Assembly (NCBI GenBank): GCA_019594025.1
Contig: JAFDUB010000001.1
Location: 1 to 49,190, forward strand
Direction of reading: 5' to 3'
Source of the DNA: Thermoplasmata archaeon
GTDB lineage: Archaea > Thermoplasmatota > Thermoplasmata > Halarchaeoplasmatales > Halarchaeoplasmataceae
DNA length: 49,190 nt
This document shows positions 36,507 through 44,464 of this stretch, one piece after another; the first letter of the stretch is position 1; every line of letters starts with the position of its first letter. Made by a program: the position numbers and the translations under genes. The notes below the pieces were generated by a model, which was not told the DNA's origin, made no database searches, and saw only the letters and a list, made by a program, of their open reading frames with translations.

Positions 36507-36826
36507 CCTTTATCCTCCAAGTTCAAACCTCTTAAAACATCAGAATGACTTACTCCCTTTATGAAAAGGCGTTTTTTTCTAACAGTTTTTCCTTTTACAA
36601 TATTCACCTTACCGGATGACACTTCAAGTAGTTTTGATATTAAATAGACCAATGCTGCATTTGCCGCACCATCCACAGGCTCTTCGGTAACAGCCACCTC
36701 TAAACAATTCCTCCACGGATTTACGCCTTTAATTTCGTCTCTAGAAGAACCTGGTATAAGGTGAATACTTACATAAACTCCTCCTTTGGAAGAATGGAGA
36801 ACTCCTCGATATGCTTTTTTTCCCAT
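36503..36826 (-). CDS. DUF167 (YggU/UPF0235) family protein
   Basis: 107 aa with VTEEPVDGAANAALVYLISKLL...V.IVKGKTVRKKRLFI, the typical DUF167 pattern. Confidence 0.72.
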   Translation of the reverse strand: MGKKAYRGVLHSSKGGVYVSIHLIPGSSRDEIKGVNPWRNCLEVAVTEEPVDGAANAALVYLISKLLEVSSGKVNIVKGKTVRKKRLFIKGVSHSDVLRGLNLEDKG

Positions 36827-36875
36827 GAATAATCATTAACTCCTATCGTTAAGTACGTTCGGCAGCGAAGCTAAA

Positions 36876-37925
36876 TCAAGACACATAGCGAATTCTACTA
36901 TCTTTTTTATTGTTCATCGCTTTATGCCCGTTATCTAAACCTGTCAATACAGACATCAGTTTGATCTTGTGTTGATACTGGGGATCTACTCGTGCACCAA
37001 AGATAACATTTACACTAGGATCTAAATTCGAGGTAAGCTTACTCACCACGTCGTGCATCTGCTTGACGGAGAGGTCAGATCCACCGGTCAAATGAATGAG
37101 AGCCTTTTTAGCTCCAGTATAGTCTACGGGTAGAAATGGATTTTTACTTGCTTCATCCACTACATTTAGGTAGTTATCGATACTCGACACCCCACGCATG
37201 AGTGTTGACACCCCTCCAGTACCGAGGACTGATCGTAGATCGTTGAAATCTAGGTTGATTAAGGAAGGAAGCGTGACGGTTTCAGTTACACTTTTGATAA
37301 GGTCGGATATAAGAGAGTCCATAACCCCAAATCCCTGATCTATCGGTAAATCTGGAACCACTTTTAACAGCGTGTCGTTTTCCAACACAATGGTTGAATT
37401 GGAGTAAGCCTCTATTTTTCTTAAACCGGCAAAAGCCATTTTTCTTTTTGTTCTTCCCTCGCAAGAAAAAGGCAGGGTAACTATACTTATTACCATGCAT
37501 TTGCACCTTTTGGCGATCTCACAAACCACAGGGGCTGCTCCGGTTCCGGTTCCACCTCCCAATCCCGCGGTCACAAAGACCAGGTCAGTTTTTTTAAACA
37601 ATCTTTTAAAACCTGAGGCTGCACTTTCTGCACACTTTTCCCCTAAACGTGGATCTCCGCCCGCCCCCAGTCCACGATTGAATTCCTTGCCTATCAGCAT
37701 TCTCGTGTCCGCCTGCACGTTTAAAAGATGTTCTTTATCCGTATTAACCGCAATAGTTTCGGCACCGTATATACCTAAATTACTCAATCGGTTCGTGCTG
37801 TTGCATCCTGCCCCACCTACTCCTAATACTAAAACCGATAGACCTGGAGTGTCCTCCATTTCCGAGGAGTAGTATTTTGCCACCATTTTTTTTACCTTCT
37901 CATGTTTCAGGATAATACCTGCCAA
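36876..37925 (-). CDS. ftsZ: FtsZ paralog (FtsZ2-like)
   Basis: 349 aa with VLGVGGAGCNSTNRL, NTDKEHL and GLGGGTGTGAAPV. It is preceded by an RHH gene, as in the cdrS-ftsZ2 arrangement. Confidence 0.9.
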   Translation of the reverse strand: MAGIILKHEKVKKMVAKYYSSEMEDTPGLSVLVLGVGGAGCNSTNRLSNLGIYGAETIAVNTDKEHLLNVQADTRMLIGKEFNRGLGAGGDPRLGEKCAESAASGFKRLFKKTDLVFVTAGLGGGTGTGAAPVVCEIAKRCKCMVISIVTLPFSCEGRTKRKMAFAGLRKIEAYSNSTIVLENDTLLKVVPDLPIDQGFGVMDSLISDLIKSVTETVTLPSLINLDFNDLRSVLGTGGVSTLMRGVSSIDNYLNVVDEASKNPFLPVDYTGAKKALIHLTGGSDLSVKQMHDVVSKLTSNLDPSVNVIFGARVDPQYQHKIKLMSVLTGLDNGHKAMNNKKDSRIRYVS

Positions 37926-37962
37926 GGTTAAGGGGTAATGATAAACGTGGATCGCTTCTAAG

Positions 37963-38283
37963 TCATAAATTCATCTTCTGTTTTTTATATTGTTCGATCC
38001 TGTCTTTTACATATTCCCGCACAGCGGTTCTTATGGCGTCATCAACATTGATAGATTCACCTTCATTGACCAAGCTTTCAATATCATCCACGTTCTTTTT
38101 GGGTAGGTCAACGGTCACTTTAGATATATGTTCGGGAGCATTTTTATTCTCTATCAAGTTAGATATAGCCGCTCTAATCGCATCGGATACGGTTGAAAAA
38201 TCCCCTCTTTCAACAAGCTTTTCTAAACCATCCGACAGGTCCGTTGGTATTCTGACAGTTATCCTCTTTGTGTCTGACGCCAT
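37963..38283 (-). CDS. Tandem ribbon-helix-helix (CopG-like) protein, CdrS-like position
   Basis: 106 aa with two alignable RHH units: ITVRIPTDLSDGLEKLVERGDFSTVSDAIRAAISNLI and VTVDLPKKNVDDIESLVNEGESINVDDAIRTAVREYV. Confidence 0.75.
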   Translation of the reverse strand: MASDTKRITVRIPTDLSDGLEKLVERGDFSTVSDAIRAAISNLIENKNAPEHISKVTVDLPKKNVDDIESLVNEGESINVDDAIRTAVREYVKDRIEQYKKQKMNL

Positions 38284-38476
38284 ATTGGCACCTACTTATT
38301 TTTAGTCTGACATATATTACCTATACGTCCGACAAAGGTATAATTGTAATAAAGGCATTTAAAGATTTCGGTACTTTGTCATATGTTGTTTATTTTCCCT
38401 GGAATTATTTACAAGATATTAATTTGATGGATTAGGAAAACATTTAATTACCTTTTACACATATCTAGAAATATCT

Positions 38477-40906
38477 ATGGTTGACATCCAGAAGCAAAAA
38501 AAAGATGGTAATGAATTCGTAGGCCGGAAAAGAGAACTAAACAAATTACAGAGCTATATGGCTAAAGCATTGGAATCAAAGGGCCAGCTAGTCCTTATAA
38601 ACGGAGAAGCCGGGGTTGGTAAGACAGTATTTGCAGAAGAGTTTGCGGATATGTGCAGGGAACAGGGTTTCAAAGTATTACGGGGAAGATGTCTTTACTT
38701 CGAAAGTACGGATCCTTATATCCCCTTTTTCGAGGCCTTGAAAGACCACATTTCACCCGAAGAAAAAGATACAGACAACAATGTTGGTATTGGTGTTACG
38801 GGATATGGTGTCTCTCAGACCCGCTCCGGTGGAGTCCCTATGGGTCTACTCGGTGTGGCTGCAGAAGAGGAGGAACATGAAACCATAGATATATCCTTCT
38901 CCGATAGAAGGGAGATAATGTTTGATAAGGTAACGGACCTGATCCAAAGTCTAGCGGAAAAGGACCCTGTACTTTTTTTCATAGATGACCTTCAGTGGAT
39001 AGATGGGGCTTCAGCTCAACTACTCCATCATCTGACACGACACATTAGATATAACAGAGTGCTCATCCTTGGAGCCTACAGACCTGAAGAATTGAAAGTT
39101 GATGAGGATTTTCCCCTGGAATCCGTATTGGATCGGATGAAGGAGGAGAAACTTTTCGAGGAAATCGAGCTAAAGCGGTTACCTTTTAAAGATTCGTCCC
39201 TGATGATAAAGAAAATTTTAAAATCTGAAGCCCTACCGCAATCTTTCCTACTCATGCTTTACAGAGAAACTGAAGGCAATCCCTATTATATAACAGAAAT
39301 ACTTAATTCTATGGTGGAGGAAGGCATCATCGACCCTTACTCCTATGACTGGAATCCCGAGGAAACCTTAACGGATGTAATTGTTCCTCCCTCCATAAAG
39401 GACATAACGAGTAGACGGATAGAACGCCTCAGTCAAAAAGAAAAAAAGGTTTTAATGTATGCATCGGTCATCGGTACCGAGTTCGACTTTCAGGTATTAG
39501 AGAACTCCATGAGATTGGATGTGATTGAACTATTGGATATAATCGATGAGCTTGAGAATAGAGGGTTGATACATGAAAAAGAAAGTGTTGAGGAGGAAGT
39601 GTTCAGGTTTAACCACGTTCAGATTCGATTGACCATGTACTCGAGTTTAGGTAAAAGTCGCAAGCGTGTACTGCACAATCAAATAGGAAAGGCAATCGAA
39701 GAGGTGTATCAAGATAACATTGAGGAATATGTATTCGCTCTCGGTAGGCACTTCTATGAAGGTAAAAATTATGACAGGGCCTATGATTATTCTTTAAAAG
39801 CTGCGGAAAAGGCTCTCGGCAGCTTCGCCATCGAGAATGCAATCGAGCATTTCCAGAAAGCTCGAGATTCGTTGAAGTATATCGAAGTCGAGGACAAAGA
39901 GCAAAAGGAAATCGAGCTACTCGAACAGATCGGTCATCTAGCTTATGATGTGAGCGATTGGGACGCCGCTCGAAATGCCTTTAACACTCTATTGGAACTG
40001 TCAAAGAAAAGAGATAACAGAGAGCTTGAAGCAGAATCTTTGAGGATGCTAGCCAATATTTTAAGGGATATACAGAAATACTCAGAGTCGGAATCGTATT
40101 ATCAACAGTCTTTGAAAATATCTGAGGACATTGGGTATGCTGAAGGTATTGCAGATTCACATAAAGGATTAGGTTATATCCATTGGCGAGAAGGCATGTT
40201 TAAGGAGGCGGTGGAGCATTACGGGACCGCAGTCAAAGTAGCCCAAGAATCAGATGTAAAGTCCATATTGTCTCTTACCTATATCGACTTGGGAAATACA
40301 TACGCCCATCGGGGAGAAAACGACCAAGCAATAGAGTATTATTTAAAGGCCATACCTTCCTTAAAAGAGCAAAATTCATGGAGAGAGTTGGCAAGGGCTT
40401 ACAACAACCTAGGCGATCAATACATGAAAAAAGAAGAATGGGATAAGGTAATAGAAACCTTCGATAAAACCATCGAGTACGCCAAAAAGATTGGAAACAA
40501 AACGTTCGTGGGTTGGGGTTATTTCAACAAAGCTGAAGCTTTAGCTAGGATGGGTAATACCAACGAAGCAGAGATTTACGCTAAAAGGGCTGAAAGCATA
40601 GTGAGGAAGCTGAGCGATTTGTTGGGAATATCGTCGGCATATCGGGTACGGGGAATTATAGGGAGGATAGAGGAAAATTATGATGACGCTCTTAAACATA
40701 TGTGGAAAGCTATGGATGTTATAGCGGATATGGACATTCCCTTTACTAAAGCGGAAACCAAGTACAACATCGGTTTAATTTATCTGGATAAAGGAGACAT
40801 CGAAAAGGCGAAAATGTACTTCGAAGACGCTAAATCAACATTTGAAAGAATCGGGGCCGAGCAGTATCTGAAAAAAGTGGACTCCCGATTATCTCAGCTT
40901 TCATAG
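38477..40906 (+). CDS. STAND/AAA_16 ATPase - TPR-array protein (paralog of 11830..15036, no HTH)
   Basis: 809 aa with FVGRKRELNKL, Walker A GEAGVGKT and FFIDDLQWIDGAS. It shares the YFESTDPYIPF motif with the other paralog (YFESSDPYLPF). The C-terminal half is TPR repeats. Confidence 0.8.
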   Translation: MVDIQKQKKDGNEFVGRKRELNKLQSYMAKALESKGQLVLINGEAGVGKTVFAEEFADMCREQGFKVLRGRCLYFESTDPYIPFFEALKDHISPEEKDTDNNVGIGVTGYGVSQTRSGGVPMGLLGVAAEEEEHETIDISFSDRREIMFDKVTDLIQSLAEKDPVLFFIDDLQWIDGASAQLLHHLTRHIRYNRVLILGAYRPEELKVDEDFPLESVLDRMKEEKLFEEIELKRLPFKDSSLMIKKILKSEALPQSFLLMLYRETEGNPYYITEILNSMVEEGIIDPYSYDWNPEETLTDVIVPPSIKDITSRRIERLSQKEKKVLMYASVIGTEFDFQVLENSMRLDVIELLDIIDELENRGLIHEKESVEEEVFRFNHVQIRLTMYSSLGKSRKRVLHNQIGKAIEEVYQDNIEEYVFALGRHFYEGKNYDRAYDYSLKAAEKALGSFAIENAIEHFQKARDSLKYIEVEDKEQKEIELLEQIGHLAYDVSDWDAARNAFNTLLELSKKRDNRELEAESLRMLANILRDIQKYSESESYYQQSLKISEDIGYAEGIADSHKGLGYIHWREGMFKEAVEHYGTAVKVAQESDVKSILSLTYIDLGNTYAHRGENDQAIEYYLKAIPSLKEQNSWRELARAYNNLGDQYMKKEEWDKVIETFDKTIEYAKKIGNKTFVGWGYFNKAEALARMGNTNEAEIYAKRAESIVRKLSDLLGISSAYRVRGIIGRIEENYDDALKHMWKAMDVIADMDIPFTKAETKYNIGLIYLDKGDIEKAKMYFEDAKSTFERIGAEQYLKKVDSRLSQLS

Positions 40907-40936
40907 GATAATTGAGTATTACAGTATCATAAGCAC

Positions 40937-40942
40937 TTTTTT
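40937..40942 (+). terminator. Oligo-T (T6) after the STAND-TPR gene
   Basis: Read directly. It lies 31 nt downstream of the stop at 40906 and overlaps the stop codon of the convergent ndk. Confidence 0.3.
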
Positions 40943-41393
40943 AAGGGTATATCCATTCTTCTTCGATTCGATGATATTCTAAGTACTCTTCGTCGTCGAA
41001 AAAGATGCTTAGCTCTCTATCGGCGCTTTCTTGTGAGTCCGAAGCATGTACGATGTTTCTTGAAATATCTATGGCAAAGTCCCCACGAACAGTACCGGGT
41101 GCTGCATCTTTTGGATCGGTTTTACCCATCAATTTTCTAACGACTTTTACGGCTGAATCCCCGGTAAGGGCCATAACAACTACTGGTCCCGAACATATAT
41201 AGCTCAAAAGGGGCTCGTAGAAATCCTTTCCCTCATGCTCTTTGTAGTGTATCGAGGCGGTTTTATTGTCCACCTCTATCATCTTCATCGCTGAGACCCT
41301 TAATCCCTTGTTTTCAAAGCGAGAAATAACTCTCCCAATTTTTCCTCTCTGCACACAGTCAGGTTTCAGCATAACAAAGGTGGTCTCTTGCAT
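40941..41393 (-). CDS. ndk: Nucleoside diphosphate kinase
   Basis: 150 aa with ETTFVMLKPD and the active-site region NIVHASDS. Confidence 0.95.
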   Translation of the reverse strand: MQETTFVMLKPDCVQRGKIGRVISRFENKGLRVSAMKMIEVDNKTASIHYKEHEGKDFYEPLLSYICSGPVVVMALTGDSAVKVVRKLMGKTDPKDAAPGTVRGDFAIDISRNIVHASDSQESADRELSIFFDDEEYLEYHRIEEEWIYP

Positions 41394-41404
41394 AGTATTT
41401 CCTT

Positions 41405-41662
41405 CTATTTATTTATTCTCTTGATTTTCTTACGTGTACCCTTTTTACGTGTACCCTTTTTCGGATACACTTTAATAGCCTTCTCTTGGGCATACTTCCG
41501 GGTCCAACGGGTTTCTCGATTCTTTCTTTTCAAATCAATCATATTCTTTTTGCATTTCCCCGTACAGAAGTGGAATACCGCTCCGTCTGTTTTAACGTAG
41601 ATCTTGCCAGTACCCGGCTCTATCTTACTACCACAAAATGAGCACTGTCTAGCTTCAACCAT
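41405..41662 (-). CDS. rpl24e: 50S ribosomal protein eL24
   Basis: The zinc-ribbon N-terminus is CSFCGSKIEPGTGKIYV...FHFCTGKC. A basic C-terminal extension contains the duplicated KKGTR. Confidence 0.9.
   Translation of the reverse strand: MVEARQCSFCGSKIEPGTGKIYVKTDGAVFHFCTGKCKKNMIDLKRKNRETRWTRKYAQEKAIKVYPKKGTRKKGTRKKIKRINK
41431..41460. repeat. Perfect 15-bp tandem duplication (TACGTGTACCCTTTT x2) inside rpl24e
   Basis: Read directly. It encodes KKGTR-KKGTR in the C-terminal tail. Confidence 0.9.
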
Positions 41663-41663
41663 C

Positions 41664-41876
41664 CTATCTAACTCCGATGCTTCTTGCTTCTCTTGCAGTT
41701 TCTCTCAACATCAGGATGTCACCTTTTTTAACAGGCCCCATTACGTTTCTGGTAATTATACGTCCTTCGTCCCGGCCTTCGAGTACCCTGACCTTAACCT
41801 GAACAGCCTCACCGGTCATGCCTGTCCTACCGATGATCTCAATGACCTCTCCAGGTGTTCCTTCATATTCTGCCAT
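41664..41876 (-). CDS. rps28e: 30S ribosomal protein eS28
   Basis: 70 aa reading [55 protein letters not shown]. Confidence 0.92.
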   Translation of the reverse strand: MAEYEGTPGEVIEIIGRTGMTGEAVQVKVRVLEGRDEGRIITRNVMGPVKKGDILMLRETAREARSIGVR

Positions 41877-41897
41877 GATTTAGCTCCTTTTAGGCAT

Positions 41898-42263
41898 CTA
41901 TTTTAATTTAGAAAGTTCCTTGATCAATTCTTCTAACATCTGTTCGCCTTTACCACCGTCGATAATGGCCACAGATGCTGAGGGGGCATCTAAACCCGAG
42001 GCTCCACCTAACTCCTGTTTGGATGGTACGTAGGCATAGGGTACTTCTCGTTCTTTACAAAGAAGGGGTATATGTGCCAGTATTTCAGGGGGATTTACAT
42101 CCTCAGCCATTACAACTAATTTGGCAGTACCTCTTTCTACGACCTTTGTAACCTCGTTTGTTCCTTTCCTTAGTTTACCCGTGTCTCTGGCCATCTCCAC
42201 CGCTTCATAGGTCTTTGTGGTTAGTTCCTCGGGCATTTCGAAATTTACATATATTTTTGACAT
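41898..42263 (-). CDS. rpl7ae: 50S ribosomal protein L7Ae (eL8, K-turn binding)
   Basis: 121 aa with [57 protein letters not shown]. Confidence 0.94.
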   Translation of the reverse strand: MSKIYVNFEMPEELTTKTYEAVEMARDTGKLRKGTNEVTKVVERGTAKLVVMAEDVNPPEILAHIPLLCKEREVPYAYVPSKQELGGASGLDAPSASVAIIDGGKGEQMLEELIKELSKLK

Positions 42264-42453
42264 TTATCGCACCTCGTTCGGACTTATTATAGTCTTCACA
42301 ATTCATTGGCTGCTATGTAGGAAACGCACGTTTCCTTCACGAAGCAAATCCTCAACAAAGGGTGACATATAAAAAACTTTCTTAACAATTCTGCCAAGAT
42401 CGGTATTAATCCAGGGAAAAATTTATTACCTTCCTAAGACGCATTAAAATAAT

Positions 42454-43314
42454 ATGGGATACAGAAGTAAAACCCTAGGTATATTCGCCTTTATGATCGT
42501 ATTCTTCATACTAGTCGGTTATCTGATAGGCCAGTTTTTCATGGGTGACTGGATCCTGGGTTCGATAATGTTCCTGGGAATCGCCGGTCTGTTCAACGCC
42601 GTGGCCTATTTCTACAGCCATAAATTCATTTTGAAAGCATACCGGGCGAAGGTGGTAGATGAAAATGAAGCCCCTCGTTTGTACAACATTGTAAAACAGG
42701 TCGCCTTCGAGGCTGATATCAAAATGCCGAAGGTGGCTGTAATGCCCATGTCGATACCCAACGCCTTCGCTACCGGTCGCAACGAAGATAACGCCGTCGT
42801 GGCAGCCACCGAAGGACTCCTTTCTCGCCTTAACGACGAAGAGTTGAAGGGTGTTATCGCACACGAGGTTGCTCATATAAAGAACAGGGATATGCTGGTA
42901 ATGAGCGTCGCAGCCACACTTGCAGGAGCTATCGCCTTTATGGCTAGAATGGCCTGGTTCCAGCTGTTCTTCGGAAGAAGAAGAGGTAACCCCATTTTAT
43001 TGGTCGCGTTGATACTAGCGCCCATAGGGGCTATAATAATCAAAATGACAATTTCACGTAAAAGGGAGTACTACGCCGACGAACAGGGTGCTCGTATATC
43101 TAAAAATCCTAACGCACTAGCGGATGCCCTTGAAAAGCTGCACTCCGAAAACAAAAGAAACCCCATCCGGAAAGGTAATCCCACAACAGCATCCCTATTC
43201 ATAGTTAATCCGTTTAAAACCGGCGGCTTCGTTAATCTATTTTCTACCCACCCTCCCATGGAAGAACGGGTTAAGCGGTTGAGAGAGATGGCCGCTGACT
43301 TCAGTTATCTGTAG
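42454..43314 (+). CDS. htpX: Membrane zinc metalloprotease HtpX (M48)
   Basis: 286 aa with N-terminal TM helices, the HEVAHIKNRD (HExxH) motif and the downstream EYYAD glutamate. Confidence 0.9.
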   Translation: MGYRSKTLGIFAFMIVFFILVGYLIGQFFMGDWILGSIMFLGIAGLFNAVAYFYSHKFILKAYRAKVVDENEAPRLYNIVKQVAFEADIKMPKVAVMPMSIPNAFATGRNEDNAVVAATEGLLSRLNDEELKGVIAHEVAHIKNRDMLVMSVAATLAGAIAFMARMAWFQLFFGRRRGNPILLVALILAPIGAIIIKMTISRKREYYADEQGARISKNPNALADALEKLHSENKRNPIRKGNPTTASLFIVNPFKTGGFVNLFSTHPPMEERVKRLREMAADFSYL

Positions 43315-43401
43315 TGGAATTTGTAACTGTTTGAACTAAGTTACGAGCTTCAAAGTTAGTCAATACCCAAAAAAATCGAGTAATTAACTACGTAAGGTAA
43401 G

Positions 43402-43409
43402 GTATAAGT
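43402..43409 (+). promoter_or_regulatory. TATA-like element (GTATAAGT) for mvk; likely a leaderless transcript
   Basis: It ends 24 nt before the mvk ATG, and no Shine-Dalgarno sequence is visible. Confidence 0.35.
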
Positions 43410-43432
43410 ACCCTAAACCTTTACCCACCAGC

Positions 43433-44362
43433 ATGGTAACGTGTTCAGCTCCTGGTAAAGTTATCCTTTTCGGCGAACATGCGGTAGTTTATGGAGAACC
43501 AGCTGTAGCTATAGCCATCGATAAACGCTTTCGATGCGCGATGTACCCCGCTGATGGGGACGTAACCACGGTTAACGGACTTGTTTTCGATCCTGAGAAG
43601 CAAAATTACCTAAATTGTGCCATGGAAAAACTAGGGGTAACTGAAAAGTTGGACATATACACTTCTACCGAGCTTATAAGCGGGGCCGGCATGGGCTCTT
43701 CCGCAGCCGTTACCGTAGCATCTCTAAGATGTTTATACGAGATGATGGAATCGGTTGATAAAGAGACGCTCGCTAAAACGGCCTTCGAGGTGGAATACAA
43801 AGTCCAGGGGAACGCGAGTCCTATAGACACCTCTACTTCTACCGAAGGTGGTGGAATAGTGGTATCATCTACCAAAGGACCGGGTTTTCTTTGGGATATC
43901 AATAAAGGCGATAAAACCTGGAATATACACAAAAGTGATATCCCAAAATTGAAGCTGGTCTTGGGAAATACCGGTGTTCACTCTCCGACTGGAAAATTGG
44001 TCGCTAAGATCAAGGAGTTTTATAAACGGAGCAGTTACGCTAGAGATATAATAAACGAGGTGGGTGTTTTGGTAGAAAGGGGTCACGAGGCCCTGAAAAC
44101 CGAAGACCTAGTCGAAGTAGGCCGCTTGATGGATCAAAATCAACGCCTCTTATCTTGTTTGGGGGTAAGTCATCCAAAACTTGACATCCTCATCGATGCC
44201 GCAAGAAAACACTCTTACGGAGCGAAACTGACCGGTGTAGGAGGCGGCGGTATCATGATGGCCCTTACGGATGAACCGGAAGAGACAACTAAGGCTATCG
44301 AAGAGGCCGGTGGACAGGCATATATATTGACGTCCACTAACAAGGGGCTCACATTCAAATGA
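43433..44362 (+). CDS. mvk: Mevalonate kinase (archaeal type, GHMP family)
   Basis: 309 aa. The N-terminus is MVTCSAPGKVILFGEHAVVYGEPAVAIAI. Motif II is SGAGMGSSAAVTVA, the catalytic-Asp block is QGNASPIDTSTSTEGG and motif III is KLTGVGGGG. Confidence 0.85.
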   Translation: MVTCSAPGKVILFGEHAVVYGEPAVAIAIDKRFRCAMYPADGDVTTVNGLVFDPEKQNYLNCAMEKLGVTEKLDIYTSTELISGAGMGSSAAVTVASLRCLYEMMESVDKETLAKTAFEVEYKVQGNASPIDTSTSTEGGGIVVSSTKGPGFLWDINKGDKTWNIHKSDIPKLKLVLGNTGVHSPTGKLVAKIKEFYKRSSYARDIINEVGVLVERGHEALKTEDLVEVGRLMDQNQRLLSCLGVSHPKLDILIDAARKHSYGAKLTGVGGGGIMMALTDEPEETTKAIEEAGGQAYILTSTNKGLTFK

Positions 44363-44403
44363 ACCGTATATTAACAGTGGTGTAGTGCCCTAAATCCACA
44401 ATG

Positions 44404-44411
44404 TTTAAATA
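44404..44411 (+). promoter_or_regulatory. TATA box (TTTAAATA) internal to the mevalonate cluster
   Basis: It lies 54 nt upstream of the ATG at 44465, which has a GAGGT Shine-Dalgarno sequence. This suggests a separate transcription start for the downstream five genes. Confidence 0.4.
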
Positions 44412-44464
44412 TCATACATCTCACTCTTTATCAGCACGTACATATAATGGCCAGAGGTTAAAAT

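Noticed and set aside
42264-42453. Possible K-turn autoregulatory element in the L7Ae 5' leader. A GGAAAC-GTGC-GTTTCC hairpin and several GTGAAG motifs are present on the mRNA strand.
   Set aside because: I could not assemble a convincing K-turn (a C-stem, a 3-nt bulge and tandem sheared G-A pairs) from the sequence by eye. Only a generic hairpin is supported, and confirming more would need structure modelling.
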